Below are positions 1 through 9,233 of a DNA stretch of 64,000 nucleotides, in pieces. The number at the start of each line of letters is the position of its first letter. Position 1 is the first letter of the stretch. This stretch comes from a virus. Its lineage: Duplodnaviria > Caudoviricetes. The stretch lies in IMG/VR virus record IMGVR_UViG_3300027766_000001; one strand, given 5' to 3'. Under the pieces are notes generated by a model. That model did not search any database. It was not told the DNA's origin and worked only from the letters and a program-made list of their open reading frames with translations. A program made the translations under genes and the position numbers.

Positions 1-2
1 CT

Positions 3-788
3 GCGGATGCACCGGTGTTCTTGGCAGGGCGTGAATATACGCTTCCCGCCACGAGCATTGATCTGCGAAGCATCGACAGTTCACCTGGCAACAAAACGTT
101 CTACGTGTATGTGCGTCTAGCGGTAAAAGGCATCGAGTATTATCTAACGACCACGCCTGTGGGTCCGACGATGACACAGATGTACATCGGTAAAATCACC
201 ACGATCACCACACAGATCTCAACCATTGAGATTTCGAAGAAGATCCGTGTTGATACCTTTGAACTGTCACCAACCCACATCGGTTCCGCTATCCCAACGG
301 GTGTAGGTGTGCCGTCACAGGTTGGTGACTTCACAGGTTGGCTGGTGCCGTATATCCGGGCGAATCGTAAGGTGCTTAGGTTTGGCGCCAATATTGACTA
401 CGCGTCTGAGTTTAAGATCAACTTCCGCACAGGTGTTGTGTCGGTTGCGATTCAGCAGAACGGCTATACGAGCTACTCACGTCCTGTGACCTGTTATGAA
501 AGTGGCGAGGTTTGGGATCCAGGTATCACCACCCCGATCACCGCGGACACCAACGATAACCTCGTATTTGTTACACGCACTCACACCTTTGCACCGATTG
601 CTGTGAGCAGTGTTGATAAAGCGAGCTATTGGTCTGTGGCGATTGGTAACTTCTCTGGGCGGGATGCTGCGAACACCGTTATCACTCAACCTACGCGGGC
701 TAACGACTACACGGCGACCATTCGCATGATAGACGGCCCGGGCGGTAACGGAGAGTATGCGTTCGATCTGTTCGTTACCATCAACTAA
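3..788 (+). CDS. C-terminal part of probable tail fibre/virion structural protein (5' truncated by window)
   Basis: Frame is open from base 3; Thr/Ser/Gly-rich beta-type sequence; converges on spike gene at a shared terminator. Confidence 0.5.
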   Translation, partial: ADAPVFLAGREYTLPATSIDLRSIDSSPGNKTFYVYVRLAVKGIEYYLTTTPVGPTMTQMYIGKITTITTQISTIEISKKIRVDTFELSPTHIGSAIPTGVGVPSQVGDFTGWLVPYIRANRKVLRFGANIDYASEFKINFRTGVVSVAIQQNGYTSYSRPVTCYESGEVWDPGITTPITADTNDNLVFVTRTHTFAPIAVSSVDKASYWSVAIGNFSGRDAANTVITQPTRANDYTATIRMIDGPGGNGEYAFDLFVTIN

Positions 789-790
789 GA

Positions 791-842
791 CGGCATAAGC
801 AAGGCCTGGCTCTCCCTCGGGAGAGACCAGGGCCTTTATGCC
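791..842. terminator. Bidirectional intrinsic terminator with CGGCATAAG / TTATGCC flanks
   Basis: Hairpin GGCCTGG-CTCTCCC-TCG-GGAGA-GACCAG-GGCC between convergent genes. Confidence 0.8.
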
Positions 843-844
843 AA

Positions 845-1822
845 TTATTGTGGACCACCTGTTTGCGAGCCACCTGATTGTACGCCACCGTGACGATGAC
901 CCATCAGGGAGATACCGCCACCGCGCACATCTTTCTGTGCCGTGATGGCACCGGTTGTGGTTGTGTCGCCACCAGAGTGTTTGATCGGACCAATCAATTC
1001 AATACCACCCGGGGAGTTAATCCGTGTTGTGTTGGTATCGATTGAAACCTTTTGCGTGGTGAATGCAATGCTATTGTTCGCCTGCACGATCCAGTCTTCA
1101 CAGGTGAACAGAATCTTCTTCTTCGCGGTAAGCTTAAAAGTATCCTGGGCAATGATCTCCACGTTCTTCTTGTCGATCTTGAACATGGACTTATCGGTGT
1201 TAATCATCTGCCACAATGCGTTGACCGAATCCAACACAATATTGTTGTCCAGGTCATCCGCAATCGAGAACTTGCCTTCACCAAAGTCAAACTTTGCCGT
1301 GTACTGCACGACTTCACCGTTGGCTTTGGAGTTGGACATCATCATGTGCTTCTTGTGCGACGACCATTCAATGAAGTACCAATCACCGGAACCGATCTCT
1401 TTGTTCTCTTTGGTAGCAGGGGAACCCGAGATCGCAATGACGATGGTTTCTAAGCGACGCAGTTCATCATCAAGCCCGGTTTCACACCAATAGTACTTGT
1501 CTTCATCACCGACCCGCCAGACTTCGACCCGTTCACCTTTTTGGACATCCGGTGGGGTGACACGGTTAGAGCCATGGGGTAACCAGATCGCCGTCACCGT
1601 TGCATCGTTAACTACCTTCTCCTGGACCTGATCCCCTTCAGCGGTTTCACCTTTATACTCCACTTGCTTAGGATCCACTTCCACCTGACCAGACATGTAC
1701 GGTGACATTTCACGCAGGACAACCTGGATCTCCCGGGAGTTGGTGGATTTAGCGGCAGCCACAATCCCCATGGAGTGGATGTGCAGCACCGAGATGTTCT
1801 GTTGCGGTTGTGATTGTTCCAT
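845..1822 (-). CDS. Baseplate central spike protein (gpV/gp45/gp138-like)
   Basis: N-terminal OB-like region (PPDVQKGERVEVW), beta-repeat middle, C-terminal GGISLMGHRHGGVQSGGSQTGGP with HxH metal-binding apex typical of P2 gpV-type spikes. Confidence 0.8.
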   Translation of the reverse strand: MEQSQPQQNISVLHIHSMGIVAAAKSTNSREIQVVLREMSPYMSGQVEVDPKQVEYKGETAEGDQVQEKVVNDATVTAIWLPHGSNRVTPPDVQKGERVEVWRVGDEDKYYWCETGLDDELRRLETIVIAISGSPATKENKEIGSGDWYFIEWSSHKKHMMMSNSKANGEVVQYTAKFDFGEGKFSIADDLDNNIVLDSVNALWQMINTDKSMFKIDKKNVEIIAQDTFKLTAKKKILFTCEDWIVQANNSIAFTTQKVSIDTNTTRINSPGGIELIGPIKHSGGDTTTTGAITAQKDVRGGGISLMGHRHGGVQSGGSQTGGPQ

Positions 1823-1901
1823 GCTGAGGACCTTAATGTTAAACTATACTGACGTTTCAGATTGTATAAGCTAAATTCACACTTACCCAAAGGACGTCAA
1901 C

Positions 1902-2093
1902 ATGTCAGAATTCGTAATCGGTTATGAAGCACAAGCACTGCCTTCGTGGTTGTCTCAAGCCATTGCTGCAGGTACGGTAACCGTTAAAGGTGATTCCGTC
2001 AGTGACATACAGTACTACACCGTAAATGGCGTGACGGCAGGTCCGGAGCAACGCCTGGTGTTTGACGGCACGAGCATAACCGTACAAGGGTAA
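1902..2093 (+). CDS. Hypothetical protein (63 aa)
   Basis: ORF with AAGGA SD, directly upstream of sbcC-like gene. Confidence 0.7.
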   Translation: MSEFVIGYEAQALPSWLSQAIAAGTVTVKGDSVSDIQYYTVNGVTAGPEQRLVFDGTSITVQG

Positions 2094-2096
2094 CCA

Positions 2097-4586
2097 ATGC
2101 GTATCAAATACATTGAACTATACAATTACCAGCGCTTGAAGTCGAAAGGACTCAACCGCATCAAGATGACCTTTGACGAGATCATTCAGGTGATCATCGG
2201 GCCAAACGGCTACGGTAAGTCCAGTTTGATGCGTGAGCTGTCACCGCTTCCACCGGATAACAGTGATTACATCAAAGGCGGCACCAAGCACGTAATCCTG
2301 GAACACAAAGGCCAGACCTACGAGATGTTGTCCTTAGCCGGCTCACCAAGTCGTCACTCGTTTAAGTGTGGCGATGTGGAGCTGAATGCGTCCAAGAACC
2401 TCAGCGCACAGAAAGAGCTGTGTGAAATGCATTTCGGGTATACCAACGAAATCCATGAACTGCTGCTGGGCACCGTGAACGGGATCTCCTTTACCACCAT
2501 GTCACCGGCCAAACGTCGTGAGTGGCTGATGGCGTTGTATCCGAATGACCTGACGTATGTCACCTCGTTGCATGACCGCTTTAAAACCATGCTACGTGAC
2601 GCTAAGGGCGGGATTCGTACCAGCTCAACCCATTTGTCGGGTTTGTACGATCAACGCGGTGCAGGTACCTCTGTGGACGAAATGCAGCAGCGTATCGATA
2701 CCTTACAGTTGCGTCGTGACAAGATCGCTCGTTTGGTGTCTGAGCAAATCTCTACCGAGAATCACCAGGGGAATATCGACCGGACCTTTGTGGATCTCAA
2801 GACGCTGGTCAACCAACACCGTAACCCGATTGCATTGTCTCGTGATTACCGCGATCATGAACACATCGTGGATCTGATTAACCAAGCTCAGGCTGATTTA
2901 CAGCAATTGGAGTATGCGCATCAAACGCACACCAAAGAGCTCAGCGAGTTAGCCAACAACGAGGTGTTCAAACAAGCCGCTACAGCAGAAGACAAAGAAC
3001 GTCTTGAGCAACAGCAGGCCGAGCTCAATGCACAGATTGAAGCGGATCAGAATCGTTGGCAGCAGGCGAATGAGTATTATCAGGCAGAACCACTGTGGGG
3101 TAAGTTGACGGGGCTGGAAGAGTTTACCCAGCGCAACCTCGTGAACATCGCCAGTGAGTTACTGTCTGTGCTTGCCAGCATGACCCCGATGGATAACCGT
3201 GAAGTGACTATCCGTCAGTATGATTCCGTGATGAAGCTCAAGTATGAACTGGGTCCACAGATTGAACGTCAAACCGATATCGTGACTCGCATTCAGCATA
3301 AGCTTAAACATCTCGATTCAGCGGACCGTACAGAATGTCCTGAGTGTCATCATCGTTGGTTACCGGGTGTCAATCAGCAACAGATTGAAGACCTGCGTCA
3401 ACGGGGGATTACTGAGCAAGCCACCCTGGATTCATTGACTGAACGCTTTAACAAGTGTGAGCAGTATGTTAACACCTACAGCATCTGGTATACCGGTGCC
3501 GTAAACTACTCACGCTTTATGGCGGGTCACTCAGCCTTGGAGTCACTCAATGAGTGGTTGCTGGAAATGGATGTGTTGTACACCAAAGGCAAAGAGCTGG
3601 CAGGTACCTTACCGGGTATGCTGGAAGTATTACCGGTGCATCATCGCTTAACGGCAAACAAGGCTGCCTTAGAGCAGCTGGCAGGTCGTTTAAAGATGTT
3701 TGACTCAGATGCAGTGGAATGGCATAAACGTCGTTACCAGGAGCATGAGGATGCGTTGAGTGCGGTGATCAACAAGCAGCGCGGCGTGAAGCTTGACTTG
3801 GCACAGTTACGTCAAGATCTGGCTACCGCTGAAGATGCTGAGCGTATGGTGGCGAAGATTGCGGGACACAAGGGGTATATTCGTCAGCAGGCGTCTGCGT
3901 TGGCGGAGCAAACCTTGACTCGCATTGCCAACACCGAACATCAGGTCTTAGGCGAAGAGCAGCGTGCGTTGACCACCCAGCTTTATAACGTGCGTTCACT
4001 GGAAGGTACGATCACCAGTACTGAGCAACACGTTGAGATGATGAAGCAGCAAGAAGAAGTCTTGAAGCTGTTAGTGAAAGCTACATCGCCAATCGAAGGT
4101 GTGGTGGCCGAACAGCTCTCTGAATTCATTGCCTGTTTTATTGGTAACATCAACGTGGTGATTGATGAGCTGTGGGATGAAGTCCTGCAGATTCGTCCGT
4201 GCAGTATCGAAGAAGGCAGTCTCTCCTTTAAGTTCCCGCTGCTCTCCGGCGAGTACCAGTGTGAGACCAATGACATCTCTGAATCCTCCACCGGTGAGTC
4301 ACAAGTCATCAACTGGGTATTCCGTTTGATCCTGATGGAATACTTAGGGTTCGAAGACTATCCGTTGTACGGGGATGAAATTGGGGCGAACTTCGATGAA
4401 CGTCACCGTCCGAAACTCATGGAGTTCTTGAAGAAGTGTGCATCGTCAGGCAAGTACAGTCAGATCTTCTTGATCTCGCACTACATTGCCCAACACGGCG
4501 TACTGACCCATGCACAAGTGTGCGCGTTGTCAACCGACGGGGTAGCCTTACCTGAACGTTACAATGAACACGTTGAAATATCGTAA
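2097..4586 (+). CDS. sbcC: SbcC/Rad50-like SMC-family ATPase
   Basis: Walker A GPNGYGKS, long coiled coils, central zinc hook CPECHH, signature SSTGE, Walker B LYGDE, H-loop LISH. Confidence 0.9.
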   Translation: MRIKYIELYNYQRLKSKGLNRIKMTFDEIIQVIIGPNGYGKSSLMRELSPLPPDNSDYIKGGTKHVILEHKGQTYEMLSLAGSPSRHSFKCGDVELNASKNLSAQKELCEMHFGYTNEIHELLLGTVNGISFTTMSPAKRREWLMALYPNDLTYVTSLHDRFKTMLRDAKGGIRTSSTHLSGLYDQRGAGTSVDEMQQRIDTLQLRRDKIARLVSEQISTENHQGNIDRTFVDLKTLVNQHRNPIALSRDYRDHEHIVDLINQAQADLQQLEYAHQTHTKELSELANNEVFKQAATAEDKERLEQQQAELNAQIEADQNRWQQANEYYQAEPLWGKLTGLEEFTQRNLVNIASELLSVLASMTPMDNREVTIRQYDSVMKLKYELGPQIERQTDIVTRIQHKLKHLDSADRTECPECHHRWLPGVNQQQIEDLRQRGITEQATLDSLTERFNKCEQYVNTYSIWYTGAVNYSRFMAGHSALESLNEWLLEMDVLYTKGKELAGTLPGMLEVLPVHHRLTANKAALEQLAGRLKMFDSDAVEWHKRRYQEHEDALSAVINKQRGVKLDLAQLRQDLATAEDAERMVAKIAGHKGYIRQQASALAEQTLTRIANTEHQVLGEEQRALTTQLYNVRSLEGTITSTEQHVEMMKQQEEVLKLLVKATSPIEGVVAEQLSEFIACFIGNINVVIDELWDEVLQIRPCSIEEGSLSFKFPLLSGEYQCETNDISESSTGESQVINWVFRLILMEYLGFEDYPLYGDEIGANFDERHRPKLMEFLKKCASSGKYSQIFLISHYIAQHGVLTHAQVCALSTDGVALPERYNEHVEIS

Positions 4587-4618
4587 CGAGGGCTGCGGCC
4601 CTCTTTGAGGGCTTAGCC

Positions 4619-5053
4619 ATGATGCCAGAAGTGCGCGAAGAGCGTAAAGCAGAATTAGTTCAGGTCATGAACCGTTACCAGCAGATGGAGTTCTTTAAGA
4701 ACATCACTGCCGTACTGGCTCGGGTTTATGATGAGAAGTTTGATCGGGCGATTCACCTGTCTATTGATCAATTGGCTGCTAACATGGAATCCGAGTACAA
4801 CCTGCGTATTCGTAACATGGCAACTGCTAACCCCAAAAGCAACAACCTGCACTTGTCTGCTGATCTGCTCAGTGTGCAGTGTCATGCAACGCGCGGTGGT
4901 GTCTCTGTTGAATTCTCTGAAGAATTAAAACTCATGCAGACCGGCCAGTCTTCTATTAACATCGGACACTTCATCAATTGGAAGACGATGAGTGACGGTG
5001 GGATCAATCACATGCTGGCGTACTTACGTCAGAAAATCAGCACACCCCTTTGA
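4619..5053 (+). CDS. Hypothetical protein
   Basis: Co-directional ORF with GAGGG SD. Confidence 0.75.
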   Translation: MMPEVREERKAELVQVMNRYQQMEFFKNITAVLARVYDEKFDRAIHLSIDQLAANMESEYNLRIRNMATANPKSNNLHLSADLLSVQCHATRGGVSVEFSEELKLMQTGQSSINIGHFINWKTMSDGGINHMLAYLRQKISTPL

Positions 5054-5065
5054 GGTAGTAGAATT

Positions 5066-6232
5066 ATGTCTGAGAAGAAAATGAGTGAAGGTCGTCGTAA
5101 GTGGAAGATGAACGCCATCGCCTTATTAAAGCCTCTGGTTCTGGAAGGCAATCACATCTCTCGTCGTATCGCGGTGAAGCTGGTTAAGCCCACCAATGAC
5201 TGGGAGCGTCGTCAGCTGGATACCCTGCGTGGCCAGGCCAACAAGATCATCCGTCGTGAAAACACCGAGCCACTGCTGTACGCAGCATGGGGGATGTCGC
5301 TTGAACACCCGGCCATGGCCACTGTAAAGAAAATCTCAGCTGCTATGAAAGAAATCAATCCGCATGGCTCTCCGTTTGTAATGCCGGAACGCCTGAACAT
5401 CCGTGGCCTGCAGGAAAGTCCCGAAGCAGTGTACCACGATGGACTGGGTAATCCACGTCAAGTAGAGCCCGGTGAAGTCTGGGCACTGCGTTCGGGTAAC
5501 TTGCACCAGTTGATGTTTATCGAAGAGGGCGACACGTACGTACTCTCTTCGCCAATCAAGCCTGGTCATATGGTGGACGCTACGCCAGGTGAACGCTTTG
5601 ATCGCCACTCACACATTGGGTTGGCACGCATTGACTTCGTCGGCATTAAGCCGGCGACTCAAACAGCGGAAACAGTTCTTTCTGACACCGTGATCAATTT
5701 GATGCGTAAAGAAGATGCGCTGGCATGCAAGTCTTTGAAGAGAGGCGACGCCTATAGCGAAGAAGGCAGACTGCACGTCTACACCGGCGAAAGTAACGAA
5801 TGGTTGAAGTTGGACATGGTGGCCAATCGCAACAACCCACATGTTCAAGCGATCATGCCTAAGCCGGATTCTTTCAACGCCTGCGGTGTGCCGCCACTGG
5901 TACGCGGTAAAGCTAATACGGTGGAAGAGCTACCTGACGTAGCTGAGCAGGGTGATCTGTACTATGTCGAAGAGCTGAACTTCGAACCGATCGTACACAA
6001 CGGCACCGACTGGGTAAGTAGCTACCCTCCGTTTGAGGTCGTTAAGAAGTGTCTGCCGCCTGCAAAAGGTCAGCGTCGTATGCAGGGCGGTCAGGTTGAG
6101 TTTTGGGACGGTACACAGTGGGTAATGTCAATGGATGATACTGAAGAACGTAAAGTCGCGGTGTTTGATCCTGAGCGTCAGAAGAAACTGTCTGTGTGGC
6201 AGCGTCTGAAACGCATGGCCGGCTTTAAATAA
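5066..6232 (+). CDS. Hypothetical protein with three short G-x-Y...xGxxW repeats
   Basis: GAGG SD; repeats YTGESNEW, HNGTDWV, WDGTQWV. Confidence 0.75.
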   Translation: MSEKKMSEGRRKWKMNAIALLKPLVLEGNHISRRIAVKLVKPTNDWERRQLDTLRGQANKIIRRENTEPLLYAAWGMSLEHPAMATVKKISAAMKEINPHGSPFVMPERLNIRGLQESPEAVYHDGLGNPRQVEPGEVWALRSGNLHQLMFIEEGDTYVLSSPIKPGHMVDATPGERFDRHSHIGLARIDFVGIKPATQTAETVLSDTVINLMRKEDALACKSLKRGDAYSEEGRLHVYTGESNEWLKLDMVANRNNPHVQAIMPKPDSFNACGVPPLVRGKANTVEELPDVAEQGDLYYVEELNFEPIVHNGTDWVSSYPPFEVVKKCLPPAKGQRRMQGGQVEFWDGTQWVMSMDDTEERKVAVFDPERQKKLSVWQRLKRMAGFK

Positions 6233-6258
6233 TTTCAGTACTACATTACCTAAGTGTG
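6233..6258 (+). promoter_or_regulatory. Putative phage early promoter
   Basis: TTTCA-gta-CTACATTAC-ctaa-GTGT; one of 8 intergenic copies; resembles phiKZ early TATATTAC core. Confidence 0.75.
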
Positions 6259-6289
6259 TGCGTTCAGTAAGTCTAACGGAGGGTAATGT

Positions 6290-6679
6290 ATGTTTGGCTA
6301 CTTAACCATAGCCTTTCTTGGACTGGAAGCCTCGGTCCAAGAAACCATTCAAGCGACGAACTATGCGCCGACTTTAACATCGGTGCATTTCTTAACCGCT
6401 GCAGTTGAGCGTATCCGGTCAGACGAGCATACGTCGCTGGATAAGCTCTTTGAGTATATTCACACCATTGCACCAGAGCTGCGTGACTGGCCGTATGAAG
6501 CAGATGACGATTGGTTGTTACTTGACAACCTGACGTTGTTTGCCGGTCAGATAGAGCGAGTGATCACTCCCATGATTCCACCAGGGGCGATCCCCACCTA
6601 TCACAGTCACACGGATGATTCAATCACCTTGACCATCCGATTACTGCAAGACACACAGGTCCCCTTCTACCCGCTGTAA
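6290..6679 (+). CDS. Hypothetical early protein
   Basis: GGAGG SD, first gene after promoter motif. Confidence 0.75.
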   Translation: MFGYLTIAFLGLEASVQETIQATNYAPTLTSVHFLTAAVERIRSDEHTSLDKLFEYIHTIAPELRDWPYEADDDWLLLDNLTLFAGQIERVITPMIPPGAIPTYHSHTDDSITLTIRLLQDTQVPFYPL

Positions 6680-6683
6680 GGGA

Positions 6684-7142
6684 ATGCAAGGGAATGTAAT
6701 TCTTAACACGTTGGGTAACATCATTATGCTAGATGGCGAATTGACAGAACAACCTAAAACGGAATCGATCACGCTTAAGCTGCGTCGGTTTTGTGCGGAG
6801 CTTTATGTCCGGCTGAACCAAGTCGACAAAGAGTATAACCGCTGGCTTACCATTCACTATCCTGATTACGAGCTGGTAGTAACGCAGCAGCGTTCACGTG
6901 CAATCGGGATTGCCATGGCCGTCTATAAAGAGGTGACAGGGCGTGAGTTGGAAGACGAAGACAAGCGTCGGATACTCGACTGGATGAGAAACCATCCGTT
7001 CGTCATACTCGACCAGCAGCTGGCAACGGAGATCTTTTTCCGTCTCCACACCAACGTGCCTTTCTGCGCATCTGAGCTGATTGAGGCACGAATTGTCTGC
7101 GAACCTTTTAACTACGAACTGGTGATGTACAGCGCTGTGTGA
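6684..7142 (+). CDS. Hypothetical protein
   Basis: Operon ORF, AAGGGA SD. Confidence 0.75.
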   Translation: MQGNVILNTLGNIIMLDGELTEQPKTESITLKLRRFCAELYVRLNQVDKEYNRWLTIHYPDYELVVTQQRSRAIGIAMAVYKEVTGRELEDEDKRRILDWMRNHPFVILDQQLATEIFFRLHTNVPFCASELIEARIVCEPFNYELVMYSAV

Positions 7143-7492
7143 TAAATGATGTAGGAGGACCTATGCCTAGGGTCATTGCACAGTGCATGATCACGGTGCC
7201 ATCTTTACTAGGGCGTTATGCGCTTTTCGGCCTGACACCTGAACAATTGATCGCCGTAGCGGTCGATCACATCAACCGGGGAAACGTTGCCTATGTGGAA
7301 CATCCCGAATACGACCGCTCAGGTTGTGCCTTTAGTGATACCGTGGTGGACCTGGCTGTAGAGATCATTGCGCAATTGCCGGCGGAATTCGAATCCGATT
7401 ATGACCGGCTTGTCGTTCTCTATAACTCAGGTGCCGCGGTGTTACTCTCTCTGGAGTTTACTGATGCAATTGACATCGAACCCAACCACTGA
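7139..7492 (+). CDS. Hypothetical protein (start may be ATG 7163)
   Basis: Operon ORF; AGGAGG precedes ATG 7163. Confidence 0.7.
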   Translation: MINDVGGPMPRVIAQCMITVPSLLGRYALFGLTPEQLIAVAVDHINRGNVAYVEHPEYDRSGCAFSDTVVDLAVEIIAQLPAEFESDYDRLVVLYNSGAAVLLSLEFTDAIDIEPNH

Positions 7493-7907
7493 ATTGGCAC
7501 GGGTGGTTTGTGTGATAGAGTGCAAAACAGCTGACGAGCTGTTAAAGCAACATTGTGCCAATGAAAACAAAAGTTGGAACATCACGTTTGACGACCTGAT
7601 GAATGCGGTCACGTTAGTCATGGAAGGGAAACATCGGTCTGCCTATGTAGCCATCGAGGAAGCCATTGGCATGCCATTGTTTCACCCCCTGCACTACAAC
7701 AACGACACATTCTCTCAACCGGCGATCGACCTGGTCGACGGTATGGCGATGGCGCTCAAACATGCAATGCCCAGGGTGCACCCGAATAAAGAAAACATCA
7801 TCGTTCGCTGTAACTACTTACAGGTGACCGACAAGTGGTTTGTATTCGACGTGCTTTTACAAGAACCAGCTCTAGATGAGGGGAAAGTAACCGTTTATCA
7901 CTTCTAA
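7464..7907 (+). CDS. Hypothetical protein, probable paralogue of upstream gene
   Basis: GGAG SD before ATG 7464; shares FS..(V/I)DL pattern with 7139 gene. Confidence 0.7.
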   Translation: MQLTSNPTTELARVVCVIECKTADELLKQHCANENKSWNITFDDLMNAVTLVMEGKHRSAYVAIEEAIGMPLFHPLHYNNDTFSQPAIDLVDGMAMALKHAMPRVHPNKENIIVRCNYLQVTDKWFVFDVLLQEPALDEGKVTVYHF

Positions 7908-7993
7908 GAAAGTGACCCAAACGCCGTGGAGACGATAGGTTAGTTGTTTTTGTCTCCACTCAAAATATCCACGACTTTGGTGAAACACAGAAC

Positions 7994-8734
7994 ATGAAAC
8001 CAATTCAGCGCATCCTGTTGGCATTTATCCTGACCTTGTTGTCAGTCGTTACAACTACCGCTGTGGCCTCAACCGCCACCAAGCAAGTTTCCTTTAACCA
8101 GGCTGGCTTCGACAAGTACAAGAAAGTACTGTATCGCGTAAGCCAAGAAACCGGCGAGTCAGCAACGACGCTTGCTGCATACTCCTCCATTGAAACAAAC
8201 ATGCGTGCAGACGTGTGTAACCGATCGGGCAGTGGTGCCTGTGGGTTAACCCAGTTCCTGCCGGGAACGTGGAATGCCATGTTGAAACAACATCACCGCA
8301 AGTATGGCTTGAGTAAAAACGTATCTCGTTCTAATGCTTACGCTAACCTGGTCATGACGGCCGAGTACATCAAGTTGAACCGTGCGTTCCTTGAGAAAGC
8401 GTTAAAACGAGATGTCAGCCCCTCTGAAGTTTACCTGGCACATGCATTAGGCCCGGGCAATGCCCTGAAGGTCTTACGTGCTAATCCGAGTAAGAAGATC
8501 ACCGCGGTACTCAACGTACACCGGGGAAATAACAACCTTCTCTACTCCAAAGGTAAAGCTCTTACCGTGGCCCAGTTTAAAGCCAACATGCAACGAAAGT
8601 TCAGCGTTCACAGCAGTACGTACCGCCCGGCTGTGAACCAGTATGCCTTAAACCAGATGATGAGCGACCCACAACGTGGTCTCGACCATCTCATTGCTCA
8701 GGTATCGACGATCCCTGGTGTGCCGTCTTTGTAA
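7994..8734 (+). CDS. Lytic transglycosylase (SLT/lysozyme-like) with N-terminal signal peptide
   Basis: MKPIQRILLAFILTLLSVVTTTAVA signal; catalytic IETN, GACGLTQF..TW, YLAH..GPG motifs of the SLT family. Confidence 0.85.
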   Translation: MKPIQRILLAFILTLLSVVTTTAVASTATKQVSFNQAGFDKYKKVLYRVSQETGESATTLAAYSSIETNMRADVCNRSGSGACGLTQFLPGTWNAMLKQHHRKYGLSKNVSRSNAYANLVMTAEYIKLNRAFLEKALKRDVSPSEVYLAHALGPGNALKVLRANPSKKITAVLNVHRGNNNLLYSKGKALTVAQFKANMQRKFSVHSSTYRPAVNQYALNQMMSDPQRGLDHLIAQVSTIPGVPSL

Positions 8735-8770
8735 AACCTTACATGACTCGTCGATAATGTACACCCACAT

Positions 8771-8801
8771 GGGCAGGGCTTCGGCTCTGCCCCTTATGCC
8801 G
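8771..8801 (+). terminator. Intrinsic terminator with UUCG loop and TTATGCCG tail
   Basis: GGGCAGGGC-TTCG-GCTCTGCCC-CTTATGCCG. Confidence 0.75.
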
Positions 8802-8818
8802 ATTTACCAGGAACGTGT

Positions 8819-9223
8819 ATGAACAACTCTATTAATTTCGATGGCTTGAAAGGTATTTCGGCAATCTCCCTTAACCCCAATACCGTTGAGCTGGCCATCA
8901 CCGGTACGGATGTGTCGTTTACCATTATTAAGCGCGACTTGCATGAACTGAAGCCTGGCGCGTTCTTTTGGATAGCGGACCTTGCAGACGTAAAGATTCT
9001 GGTAGAGTGGATTGGCAACGATAGTCAGTTTGTTGAGGACACACGTCAACTGATTGCAACCTGGATAAACAACAACCGTCGTCGGATGCCGATCATTATG
9101 CCGTTTAAGGTGATGAGCAATGTCGGCGGGTCGTTACGTGCCAAACCGATGTTCTCCCCGGAGATGGATATCTGGACCTTTACGGTTGAGAACAATGTGT
9201 TAATTATTCGTACTAAGAAATGA
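8819..9223 (+). CDS. Hypothetical protein
   Basis: AGGA SD, co-directional. Confidence 0.75.
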   Translation: MNNSINFDGLKGISAISLNPNTVELAITGTDVSFTIIKRDLHELKPGAFFWIADLADVKILVEWIGNDSQFVEDTRQLIATWINNNRRRMPIIMPFKVMSNVGGSLRAKPMFSPEMDIWTFTVENNVLIIRTKK

Positions 9224-9233
9224 GGATACCTGT

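Noticed and set aside
2097-4586. SbcC without an adjacent SbcD as a novel system
   Set aside because: The nuclease partner may simply be encoded outside this window, as genes of one pathway are often dispersed in jumbo phages
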